Source of the DNA: an uncultured Anderseniella sp.
GTDB taxonomy: Bacteria; Pseudomonadota; Alphaproteobacteria; Rhizobiales; Aestuariivirgaceae
Reading direction: 5' to 3'
NCBI GenBank assembly: GCA_938039915.1
Contig: CALHUA010000178.1
Location: forward strand, 1-57,639
DNA length: 57,639 bases
Under the pieces are notes generated by a model. It was not told where the DNA came from. It did not search any database and was given only the letters and a program-made list of their open reading frames with translations. The position numbers were made by a program, and so were the translations under genes. Shown here piece by piece: positions 8,726-17,140 of the stretch. Position 1 is the stretch's first letter; each line of letters starts with the position of its first letter.

Positions 8726-9739
8726 TCAGGCTGCCTTTGCCTGGCTTCTCACATATTTCAGGTATTTCAGACCGTACTCGTCTTCCGCGGTCATGACCGC
8801 CGCAGCTCGTTCGTATTCGCCTTGATCGGCAGGCGGCTTCAGTATTTCGTCCAGCGGGTTCATCAGCGGATCAATCATCAGTGCGTCACATCCCGCCTCC
8901 ATGCACAGGCGGATGAAGGCATCGTTCAGCAGTTTGCGCCGCGGCAGACCGAAGGAGACATTGGACAGGCCCCCGAAAATACGGACCTCGGGATATTTCT
9001 CGCGCAGGCCCTTGACCGCGTTCAGGAAATGCACGCCGAACTGCGGTCCTGCACCGACCGGAAAAACCAGCGGGTCAAGGAAGCGGTCGCGCATGGGCAC
9101 GCCCTTTTCATCCATCATTCCCATCAGCTTGGTCAGGTTATCAATGCGCTCGTGTTCATCCTGCGGCATGCCGGAATCGCCAGATCCATTGGCGAAAATC
9201 AGTGCACCTGCTTCCTTTCCGATGTCGATGACAACGTCGCGGCCGGCTTCCAGGCTGACCGAATTGATGGCCGGGCGCGACAGAGACATGTCATAGACCT
9301 CGAGACCGGCACGCAAAGTGTCGGGATCCGAACTGTCGACGGCAAAAGAGACCTCCGGACATATCTTCTGGGCGGTCTTGACAATCCATCGCATGAATTC
9401 GTGGCGCTCTTCCGGATATACCGACAGCTCGTCCACACACAGGTCGATGATGTGCGAGCCGGCATTGACCTGTGCCTTGATGGCCCAGGTCAGGAACTCC
9501 ATTTCCTGATCCTTGACGCCCTGCCGGATATGGCCGATGCGGGCCGAGCGAACCTGCTTTTCATCTTCAGGATACTGTTCGGTGACATCGAGAAATCCGT
9601 CGCCGCCATCCAGCGCCGGATAACGCCAGAAAACCTTGCCGTCTTTCTTCACGATGTTCTTGGAATCGGCCCGAATGCGACGCGTCGTGTTGATGTTTTC
9701 ACCGATGACAATCGGGGTTTCGTCTTCAAAATTCAGCAT
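8726..9739 (-). CDS. Methyltetrahydrofolate:corrinoid methyltransferase (AcsE/MT2-like, pterin-binding TIM barrel)
   Basis: IVIGENINTT, AQVNAGSHIIDLCVD, VDSS, INSVS, FLDPLVFPV and GGLSNVSFGLPRRKLLN. GAGG RBS before MLNF. Confidence 0.88.
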   Translation of the reverse strand: MLNFEDETPIVIGENINTTRRIRADSKNIVKKDGKVFWRYPALDGGDGFLDVTEQYPEDEKQVRSARIGHIRQGVKDQEMEFLTWAIKAQVNAGSHIIDLCVDELSVYPEERHEFMRWIVKTAQKICPEVSFAVDSSDPDTLRAGLEVYDMSLSRPAINSVSLEAGRDVVIDIGKEAGALIFANGSGDSGMPQDEHERIDNLTKLMGMMDEKGVPMRDRFLDPLVFPVGAGPQFGVHFLNAVKGLREKYPEVRIFGGLSNVSFGLPRRKLLNDAFIRLCMEAGCDALMIDPLMNPLDEILKPPADQGEYERAAAVMTAEDEYGLKYLKYVRSQAKAA

Positions 9740-10020
9740 GTTAACCTCGTTATACGCAGCGCAAGCATGTCGCAATTCCTGTTGCCCGCAGGCGTTTCCG
9801 ACGAGCTGAGCCGAGACCCTAGCAGACATGTTTCCAGGCCAGTCATACCGGGTGTGAAGGGGGGGTATTCGCTGCGAGTGTGACCACCATATGCGCGAGC
9901 GTATACGGTTAACCTGTTACCGGCTCCGAGCCTGTTGCCGGGTCTTCGACCCCGGGCCGGGCGTCAAAAAAATTTCGGCCCCGCGAAAGAGCCGGAACCA
10001 AAAATTATTGGGAGGTTGCT

Positions 10021-12132
10021 TTGTCAAATCCGGGCATGAAGTTATCAGACCGAATAGCAAAAATTAAAGGCGCAACACTCGTCAAGAGTTTCTGCTATTC
10101 GTGCCCGTGGAACTGTCCCACCGAGGTCTATGTCCGCGACAACAAGGTTGTTTACGTCAAGGGCAATGAAGACGCGCCCAACAATATCGGCACGCGCTGC
10201 TCGAAGGGCATGGCCAGCTGGTGGATGACGCAGGATCCCGACCGGCTGAAATATCCGATGCTGCGTACCAACGCCAAAGGCCAGCCCGGTGAGTTCAAGC
10301 GTATCTCGTGGGACGAAGCCTTCACATTTATCGCCGACAAACTGAAATCCATTGCGGAAAAGCATGGACCCGAGGCGGTCGCACTGACCTGCCATCACGA
10401 TCCCAACACGCAGTTTTACCGGCACCTCCTGGGTGACCTGTACGGTTCACCGAACATGTACACCCACACGTCGGGCTGCGAGATGGACCGCCGGTCTGCC
10501 TGCCTGACCCTGTTTGGTCACCCCTTCCCGATGCATGATTTCGTCAATTCGAAATACGTTATTCTCTGGGGCATGAACATGCTTGGCGCCAATCAGGGAT
10601 TGTTCGAAAGCCGGGCACTGCTTGAAGCCAAAAAACGCGGCGCCAAGATCATAGTGGTCGACCCTGCATTCACCGAAACCGCGCAGAAGGCCGATGAATG
10701 GATTCCCATCAACCCGGGTACCGACGGTGCCATGGCACTGGCCATGTGTCAGCACATCATTGCCGAGGGCCTGCATGACAAGGAGTTCGTCAAGAAATAC
10801 TGCGAAGGCTTTGACGGTTTCAAGGACCACCTGAAAGACAAGGGCTACACGCCGGAATGGGCGGCCGACAAGTGTGGTGTCGATGCTGATACAATCAAGC
10901 GCCTGGCGCGTGGTTTCGCCACCACGAAACCGGCGATGTCCGCGATCTTCAAGGGCTCGGGATATTACACCAACGGCAATGATGCCGGCAGGGCCTGTTA
11001 TATTCTGGATGCAATCTGCGGCCAGGTCGATGGACCCGGCAACCTGCATCTGAAGGACTGGGCGCCGGTTGGCATGCCGCTTGATATTCCTGAGGAGGCC
11101 AAGCGCAAACCTGAAAAGGAACCGCTGCATGCAGCCATGGGGTATCCGATCGCGCCTGATCTGCCCAACGCGCAACTGCCCAAGGCCGTGATCGAGGGCG
11201 ATCCCTATCCTGTCAAGGCGCTGTTCGTGCAATCGACCAATCCGGTGATGAGCGACCCTGATCGCGACAAGATGCTTGAGATGTTCAAACATCTGGAACT
11301 GGCCGTGGCCTGTGAAGTGCTGATGAGCGAGACCGCACTTGAATGCGACATCGTCCTGCCCGAGACGTCATTTTATGAAATGGCCGAAGTTCGCCAGGGG
11401 CTGTGGCTCGGCGCCGAAGCCATTATCTGCCAGCCGGCCATCGAACCGGTTGGTGAATCCAAGCCGCCTTACGACATCGCCAAGGGAATTGCGCAAAAGA
11501 TGGGATGGGGTGAACATTTTGCCTTCGAACACTGGGAAGACTGGGCCAAGACCGCAACGGCGGATCTGCCCGGCGGGCTGGAACAGCTGAAAGAGCGCGG
11601 GTTCTGGTCGCAACCGCCCAAGTTCAACAAGCTGGCGGATTGTCTCGGGACCAAGACAGGCAAAATTGAAATCTATTCTCATGCCTATGCGGATTCAGGC
11701 TTCAACCCCTACCCGGACTACACTGAGCGCAGCGTGATCCCCGATGACGACTATCCCTTGCAGGTGACGCACTCGAAGCTCTCGATGCACTGCAATATCG
11801 TGACCCAGAACAATCCGCTGCTGATGGAAATCTGCCCGGAAAACTGGGTCGAAATCAATGCCAGCGATGCCGCGAAATATTCCATCGAGGATGACCAGAT
11901 GGTGGTCATCGAAAGCCCGAAGGACAACATTACCATCCGGGCCAAGGTTGTGCAGGGACTTGTTCCAGGTGCTGTGTCGATCCGGCATGGTCATGGCTTT
12001 GGCCACTGGGCAATGGGGTCGGTTGCAAAGGGCAAAGGGGCCCATTCCAACAACCTGATGGAAATTCATACCAATCCCGTAACCGGTGCCAATTGCTACA
12101 ATGAATGCAAGGTCCGGGTACGCCCGGCCTGA
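10021..12132 (+). CDS. Molybdopterin oxidoreductase catalytic subunit, DMSO-reductase superfamily, PhsA/PsrA/ArrA-like, no Tat signal
   Basis: TTG start after GGAGG. Fe-S motif CYSCPWNC...RCSKG, RLKYPMLR, ISWDEA, GSPNMYTHTSGC (Cys ligand region), PGTDGA, CDIVLP and HGFGH. Confidence 0.9.
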   Translation: MSNPGMKLSDRIAKIKGATLVKSFCYSCPWNCPTEVYVRDNKVVYVKGNEDAPNNIGTRCSKGMASWWMTQDPDRLKYPMLRTNAKGQPGEFKRISWDEAFTFIADKLKSIAEKHGPEAVALTCHHDPNTQFYRHLLGDLYGSPNMYTHTSGCEMDRRSACLTLFGHPFPMHDFVNSKYVILWGMNMLGANQGLFESRALLEAKKRGAKIIVVDPAFTETAQKADEWIPINPGTDGAMALAMCQHIIAEGLHDKEFVKKYCEGFDGFKDHLKDKGYTPEWAADKCGVDADTIKRLARGFATTKPAMSAIFKGSGYYTNGNDAGRACYILDAICGQVDGPGNLHLKDWAPVGMPLDIPEEAKRKPEKEPLHAAMGYPIAPDLPNAQLPKAVIEGDPYPVKALFVQSTNPVMSDPDRDKMLEMFKHLELAVACEVLMSETALECDIVLPETSFYEMAEVRQGLWLGAEAIICQPAIEPVGESKPPYDIAKGIAQKMGWGEHFAFEHWEDWAKTATADLPGGLEQLKERGFWSQPPKFNKLADCLGTKTGKIEIYSHAYADSGFNPYPDYTERSVIPDDDYPLQVTHSKLSMHCNIVTQNNPLLMEICPENWVEINASDAAKYSIEDDQMVVIESPKDNITIRAKVVQGLVPGAVSIRHGHGFGHWAMGSVAKGKGAHSNNLMEIHTNPVTGANCYNECKVRVRPA

Positions 12133-12147
12133 ACCAGGAGCTGACAC

Positions 12148-12714
12148 ATGCAACATGGATTCTATTTCGCAGCCGAGCTTTGCGTCAAATGTCACGCCTG
12201 TGAGATCGCCTGCAAGACCTGGAACGAGGTTGAGGTTGGCCCGAGATGGCGAGAAGTGGTCAAGGTGGAAAGTGGCGAGTTTCCCGATGTCCAGGCAATG
12301 AATGTATCCATGGCCTGCATGCATTGCGGCGATGCCCCGTGCCAGACCGCATGCCCGGTCAGCGCGATCTCCAAGCGCGGTGAAGACGGCATCGTTCTGG
12401 TCGATCCCAGCGTGTGTATCGGCTGCGGCTTCTGCGCCTGGGCGTGCCCGTTCAATGCACCGCAACTGACCGCGATGGCCGGCAAAATGGAAAAATGCAA
12501 TTTTTGCCAGACACCCGGCAGCGAACGCCCCCATGACATGCCGCGCGCCTGCGAGGAGGTATGTCCGACCGGAGCGATCAAGTCGGGATCACTGGCCGAG
12601 CTGGCCCAGCAGAACCGCAAGAAAGTGGCCGGAAAACTGGGCGGAAGCCAGGGTATGCAGGGATTTCCCGGCGTGGTGGTTGATGGTGCGGACCGTTTCG
12701 GCGGGAACAAATGA
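12148..12714 (+). CDS. 4Fe-4S electron-transfer subunit (DmsB/PsrB-like)
   Basis: CVKCHACEIAC, CMHCGDAPCQTACP, CIGCGFCAWACP and KCNFC...ACEEVCP. Confidence 0.93.
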   Translation: MQHGFYFAAELCVKCHACEIACKTWNEVEVGPRWREVVKVESGEFPDVQAMNVSMACMHCGDAPCQTACPVSAISKRGEDGIVLVDPSVCIGCGFCAWACPFNAPQLTAMAGKMEKCNFCQTPGSERPHDMPRACEEVCPTGAIKSGSLAELAQQNRKKVAGKLGGSQGMQGFPGVVVDGADRFGGNK

Positions 12715-13403
12715 TCGGGCCACTGGCGGCAGTTCATGTCGACTGGACGGGATCGGTGAAGACCGGCCCGGTCCACGCATTGTATTTCTTCAAGAAGCGC
12801 CAGTACATTCGCTGGGATATCGAAAAGGAAGCACTGTGGCCGGATTATCCGGCCGACATTGCCGATGGCTGGCCGGGCCTGCTGGATCATTTTCCGGGCG
12901 TTGACCTGTGCGGCGCCATTCATGTTCCGGGCTGGCAGAACAAGATCTGGTTTTTCTTTCAGGGCCAGGACAAGGCCGTCGGCTGGGATGTGGCGACCAA
13001 CAGGGTCGATGATACTCCAACACCGGTACAGACACTTCTGCCGTGTGCCGCGAGTACCGGCGGCCCCTTTGCGCCGATTTACGTAGATCGTGGCGACAGC
13101 CAGACCGTCTATGTCTTCCGCGGCGACGAATACACGCGTTTCACGGTTGCGGACGGGTCATTGCCGCAGAAATGTGACGACGGATATCCGCGAAAGATCG
13201 GCCAGGGCTGGACCGGCGGCCTGACCGTTGCACCGCTGTGCGGTGTCAGCGTGAACTGGCCAAACAGAAGTTCGGCGCTGAAAAACAACAAGCTCTATTT
13301 TTTTCTGGGGGATCTTTATACCCGCTGGGACATCGGCACGCATTCCAACAACTACCGGCTGGATATTCCGGCAGGATGGGTTGGTTGGCCGCAGTTTGAA
13401 TAG
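12711..13403 (+). CDS. Hemopexin-repeat protein
   Basis: Repeats LYFFKKRQYIRWD...DYPADIADGWPGL, IWFFFQGQD, VYVFRGDEYTRF...GYPRKIGQGW and LYFFLGDLYTRWD...DIPAGWVGW. ATGA overlap with the Fe-S subunit. Confidence 0.75.
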   Translation: MIGPLAAVHVDWTGSVKTGPVHALYFFKKRQYIRWDIEKEALWPDYPADIADGWPGLLDHFPGVDLCGAIHVPGWQNKIWFFFQGQDKAVGWDVATNRVDDTPTPVQTLLPCAASTGGPFAPIYVDRGDSQTVYVFRGDEYTRFTVADGSLPQKCDDGYPRKIGQGWTGGLTVAPLCGVSVNWPNRSSALKNNKLYFFLGDLYTRWDIGTHSNNYRLDIPAGWVGWPQFE

Positions 13404-13419
13404 ACCTGCACGGGCCTTC

Positions 13420-13445
13420 GATCACTTGACTCTGATCACTTGACT
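13420..13445 (+). repeat. 12-bp direct repeat GATCACTTGACT x2, each containing a TTGACT -35-like hexamer
   Basis: Copies at 13420-13431 and 13434-13445. Confidence 0.75.
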
Positions 13446-13452
13446 TCGGTCG

Positions 13453-13476
13453 ATATCTCGATATCTATAGAGATAT
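13453..13476. promoter_or_regulatory. ArsR operator overlapping the -10 region and arsR start codon
   Basis: ATATCTCGATA-TC-TATAGAGATAT, an 11-2-11 inverted repeat with one mismatch, similar to SmtB/ArsR 12-2-12 operators. Confidence 0.7.
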
Positions 13477-13807
13477 GGAGAAAACAACTGTATTGAACCG
13501 CCTGGCTGCCCTGTCTCAGGAAACCCGCCTGGATATCTTGCGATTTCTGGTGCGCATGGGACCTGATGGCGCGATTGCCGGGCGTATTGGCGAAGAGCTC
13601 GGACAGGGATCGGCGACATTGGCCTTTCATTTGAACATCTTGACGGCAGCAGGCCTGCTCATGCGTGAAAAACGCGGGCGTCAGAACCTGTACCGGGCAA
13701 ATATCAGCGCGGTTCATGCGCTGAGCGCCTACCTGCTGGAAAATTGCTGTGCCGGAGCCGAAGAAGAGTCCGCCGAAGCTCCGGCGCAATTTGTCAACCA
13801 AGCCTGA
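13475..13807 (+). CDS. arsR: ArsR/SmtB repressor with only a C-terminal Cys-Cys pair
   Basis: LAALSQETRLDILRFLV..GPDG...SATLAFHLNIL..AGL...YRAN...LLENCC. Lies upstream of arsD and arsA. Confidence 0.9.
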   Translation: MEKTTVLNRLAALSQETRLDILRFLVRMGPDGAIAGRIGEELGQGSATLAFHLNILTAAGLLMREKRGRQNLYRANISAVHALSAYLLENCCAGAEEESAEAPAQFVNQA

Positions 13808-13824
13808 GAGGAAGGATTCCCACC

Positions 13825-14199
13825 ATGGCAAACATCAGAGTTTACGATCCCGCACAGTGCTGCTCGACCGGCGTTTGCGGTCCCGACGCAGACGAGACCA
13901 TCGCACAGTTTTCCAGCGCCCTGGAAAAAGCCCGGAAATCCGGCGTGGCCATCGATCGCTTCACGCTTGGCCACCAGCCGGGTGAATATGTGAAAAACAC
14001 CGCTGTGAAATCTCTGCTGGACAGTGAAGGCGTGGATTGCCTGCCAATTGTTTTTGTTGGCGATGAAGTCCTGTCGAAGGGCGACTATCCCAGCAGGGCT
14101 GAACTGCTGGCATCAGTGGGTATCGAAGATGACGGGGCGCAGGCCACATCAGAGTGTTGCGACACGGCCGAAAAAGCCGCCGGCAACTGTTGCGGATAG
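13825..14199 (+). CDS. arsD: Arsenite metallochaperone ArsD
   Basis: VYDPAQCCSTGVCGPD signature, LPIVFVGDEV..GDYPSRAEL and C-terminal CC..CC. Confidence 0.95.
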   Translation: MANIRVYDPAQCCSTGVCGPDADETIAQFSSALEKARKSGVAIDRFTLGHQPGEYVKNTAVKSLLDSEGVDCLPIVFVGDEVLSKGDYPSRAELLASVGIEDDGAQATSECCDTAEKAAGNCCG

Positions 14200-14207
14200 G
14201 ACAAAAC

Positions 14208-15947
14208 ATGACATTTCTGGAAAAAGCGACGCCCAACCTGTTCTTCACCGGCAAGGGCGGGGTCGGCAAAACGTCGACCAGCTGTGCGGCAGGCGTTCGC
14301 CTGGCCGACCAAGGCAAAAGAGTGCTGCTGGTTTCAACCGATCCGGCATCCAATCTGGAAGAAGTGTTTGATCAGTCGATCGGCGGTGAGCCGACTGAAG
14401 TTGCAACGGCTCCCGGGTTGTTTGCTCTGAACGTTGACCCTGAAGCAGCTGCTGAAGCCTATCGCGAAAAACTGATCGGACCGTATCGTGGCGTCCTTCC
14501 TGAGACCGCGATTTCTGCAATGGAAGAGCAGATGGCGGGCGCCTGCACCGTGGAAATTGCAGCGTTCAACGAATTTGCCCGCCTGTTGGGAGACCCTGAA
14601 GCCATTGCCGGGTTCGACCATGTCATTTTCGACACGGCGCCAACCGGCCACACATTGCGCCTCCTGACGCTGCCGACCGCATGGTCGGGGTTCATCGAGA
14701 ATGCAAGTGCCGGCACCTCCTGTCTCGGCCCGCTGCAGGGTCTGGTCGAACAGCGCGATCTTTACGCATCGACGGTTGATGCCCTGTCTGATTCAGACAA
14801 GACCACCGTTGTCCTGGTGTCACGGCCGGAACGCTCGGCTCTGGACGAGGCCGCCCGCACGGCGGAAGAGTTCCAGGAACTCGACATCACCAATCAGCAA
14901 CTCGTGGTGAACGGCGTGTTCAAGGCCAATGACAGATCCGATGCAATTGCGGTTGGCCTTGAGGCGCGTGGTCAGGAAGCTCTTGATTCAATTCCGAATG
15001 CATTGGCACAACTGCCGCGCATTGATCTGCCATTGCGCCCACGCCAGGTCGTCGGCCTGGAGGCGCTGAAAGCCTTTTTCATTCCGGAATTCGAACTTCC
15101 CGAGATCGCTGCGCAAGCACCTGACATTGGTGGCTGGTCAAGTTTCGATGAGCTTGTGGACAAGCTCGACGGTGACGGCGGCGTCATCATGACAATGGGC
15201 AAGGGAGGCGTTGGCAAGACAACCATCGCGGCTGAAATTGCCCGCGCACTGGCCGACCGTGGCCGCAAGGTGTTGCTGACAACGACCGATCCGGCCGCAC
15301 ATGTTGCAGATGCCGCCGGTGATGTGCCGGCAAACCTGAAAGTATCCCGCATCGACCCCGAGCAGGAAGTGGCCAATTACCGTGAGCGGGTTTTGGCAAC
15401 AACAGGCAAGAATCTGGATGCAGACGGCCTGGCCCTGCTGGAAGAAGATCTGGCATCGCCATGCACCGAGGAGATCGCCGTCTTCCAGGCTTTCGCGGAA
15501 ACCGTCAACGAGGCGACCGACCGTATCGTTGTCATGGATACAGCACCGACCGGTCACACCATCCTGCTGCTGGATGCTGCGCAGTCCTTCCACAAGGAAG
15601 TAAGCCGTCAGGCCAAGTCGGTGTCGGATTCCGTCCTGAAACTGCTGCCGCGTCTTCGCGACAGCGACTTCACCCGGATCGTGCTGTGCGCGTTGCCGGA
15701 AGCCACCCCTGTGCACGAGGCAGGGCAGTTGCAGTCCGATCTTCGCCGCGCAGGAATTGAGCCGTTTGCATGGGTGGCCAACCAGTCCCTGTCTCCGTTG
15801 AACGTAACCGATCCGGTTCTTGTTTCCAGACGGGCACAGGAAAACCGTTACCTCACTGAAATACGGGAAGAGCAATCGACCTATCCGGTGCTGATTGAAC
15901 TGAAAACCGACATGCCTGCGCAAAACCAGTTGCGCAAGTCAGCCTGA
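14208..15947 (+). CDS. arsA: Arsenical pump-driving ATPase ArsA
   Basis: Two GKGGVGKT and two DTAPTGH motifs. Metalloid-binding Cys in GACT, SCLGP and SPCTEE. Confidence 0.96.
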   Translation: MTFLEKATPNLFFTGKGGVGKTSTSCAAGVRLADQGKRVLLVSTDPASNLEEVFDQSIGGEPTEVATAPGLFALNVDPEAAAEAYREKLIGPYRGVLPETAISAMEEQMAGACTVEIAAFNEFARLLGDPEAIAGFDHVIFDTAPTGHTLRLLTLPTAWSGFIENASAGTSCLGPLQGLVEQRDLYASTVDALSDSDKTTVVLVSRPERSALDEAARTAEEFQELDITNQQLVVNGVFKANDRSDAIAVGLEARGQEALDSIPNALAQLPRIDLPLRPRQVVGLEALKAFFIPEFELPEIAAQAPDIGGWSSFDELVDKLDGDGGVIMTMGKGGVGKTTIAAEIARALADRGRKVLLTTTDPAAHVADAAGDVPANLKVSRIDPEQEVANYRERVLATTGKNLDADGLALLEEDLASPCTEEIAVFQAFAETVNEATDRIVVMDTAPTGHTILLLDAAQSFHKEVSRQAKSVSDSVLKLLPRLRDSDFTRIVLCALPEATPVHEAGQLQSDLRRAGIEPFAWVANQSLSPLNVTDPVLVSRRAQENRYLTEIREEQSTYPVLIELKTDMPAQNQLRKSA

Positions 15948-15969
15948 CCAGGTCCGATACATGATTGAG

Positions 15970-15997
15970 AGGGGCGGAAAACTTCCGCCCCTTTTTT
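15970..15997 (+). terminator. Rho-independent terminator after arsA
   Basis: AGGGGCGGAA-aac-TTCCGCCCCT followed by a T run. Confidence 0.85.
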
Positions 15998-16265
15998 GTG
16001 CGCTCCATACGCCTCACTAGCGGTTTTAGCCCAGAATTCTGCTAAATACTCATCACCTACCTGCTTCAGATCGCCGACAAAATGTCTCCAATGCAGAAAT
16101 ATGGAAGGGGGGGCCGATTCTGGGGAATGCAAGGTTGGGCAACTTAGCGGCACTTTTTCTCAATGCTTTGGATACCGAACTGAAGAATTCCAACTATCAC
16201 ATTTGGTTTGAAGTCCGAAGTCAAACTGACCCACAAAAGTGGGCAGCAAAAATTTGGGAGGAGCC

Positions 16266-17135
16266 ATGCTAGGCCAGCAGATACTGAGCGGGCTTGCGAC
16301 AGGGAGTCTTTACGCCCTCACGGCAATCGCAGTGGTTGTCGTGTTTCGCAACACACGAACCATAAATCTGGCGCAGGGTGACTTCGCGATGATCGGCGCG
16401 TTCCTGGGGATCATTTTCCTCAAGGACTGGGGCCTGAACTATTTCGCCATGCTGCTGCTGGTGGTGGCTTCCTGCATGTTTCTTGGCGCTTTCGTGGAAC
16501 GCGTCATCATGCGTCCGGTCGCCGATTCTGACTGGCTGACACTGTTCACCACTACCATCGGCGTCTACTACATCCTGCACGGTTTTGCCGGGTGGATATG
16601 GGGACGCGATACCAAGGCGTTTCCAGTCAGCTTCGATCCGACACCGGTTGAACTGTTCGGCGCCCTGGTCAGCAAGGGGCACCTGTACAATATGGGAATT
16701 GCCCTGCTGATCGGCGGGGTGTTGTGGTGGTTTTTCACCAAGACCAAACAAGGTATCGCCATGCGCGCGGTAACCGATGATCCCGAAACCGCCCACCTGA
16801 TGGGCATTCCGGTGAAATTCATCGTGACACTGACCTGGTGCATGGCCGGTGCGATTGCAGGCTTCATCGGCGTCCTGATGGCGCCCATCATCTACGTGTC
16901 GCCAGAAATGATGGATGAAATCTTGATCAAGGGCTATGTGGCTGCCGTGTTCGGCGGGCTGTATTCCTTCCGCGGCGCGGTCATAGGGGCGCTGATGATC
17001 GGCGTCGCTGAAAACCTGGCCGGCGGCTATCTGGGAAGCCATTACAAGACCTCGGTGGCCTTCATCATGATTGTTGTGCTGCTGGCATTCCGTCCGCAAG
17101 GGCTCATGGGCATTCAACAACGGCGCGAGATCTGA
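16266..17135 (+). CDS. livH: HAAT/Liv-type ABC transporter permease
   Basis: GSLYALTAI...INLAQGDFAMIG, GIAMRAV.DD.ETA.LMGI and AAVFGG. GGAGG RBS. Confidence 0.9.
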   Translation: MLGQQILSGLATGSLYALTAIAVVVVFRNTRTINLAQGDFAMIGAFLGIIFLKDWGLNYFAMLLLVVASCMFLGAFVERVIMRPVADSDWLTLFTTTIGVYYILHGFAGWIWGRDTKAFPVSFDPTPVELFGALVSKGHLYNMGIALLIGGVLWWFFTKTKQGIAMRAVTDDPETAHLMGIPVKFIVTLTWCMAGAIAGFIGVLMAPIIYVSPEMMDEILIKGYVAAVFGGLYSFRGAVIGALMIGVAENLAGGYLGSHYKTSVAFIMIVVLLAFRPQGLMGIQQRREI

Positions 17136-17140
17136 TCATC

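Noticed and set aside
8726-9739. Dihydropteroate synthase (folP)
   Set aside because: The GENIN and GLSNVSFGLP motifs are those of methyl-THF methyltransferases, and the FolP NVTPDSF motif is absent.
9775-9855. Possible ZTP (pfl) riboswitch on the minus strand upstream of the folate methyltransferase
   Set aside because: It has ATGACTGGC and CGCCTG..GGGC fragments but lacks the GGGAG/P2 elements and proper pseudoknot pairing. An Infernal scan would be needed.
8822-9883. Long antisense ORFs (also 5891-6778, 10447-11292, 21408-22304, 46808-48349)
   Set aside because: These are shadow frames opposite well-supported genes in GC-rich DNA and carry no motifs.
10021-12132. Calling the enzyme arrA or aioA
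   Set aside because: There is no Tat signal, it is shorter than typical ArrA, the active-site sequence differs, and there is no Rieske subunit.
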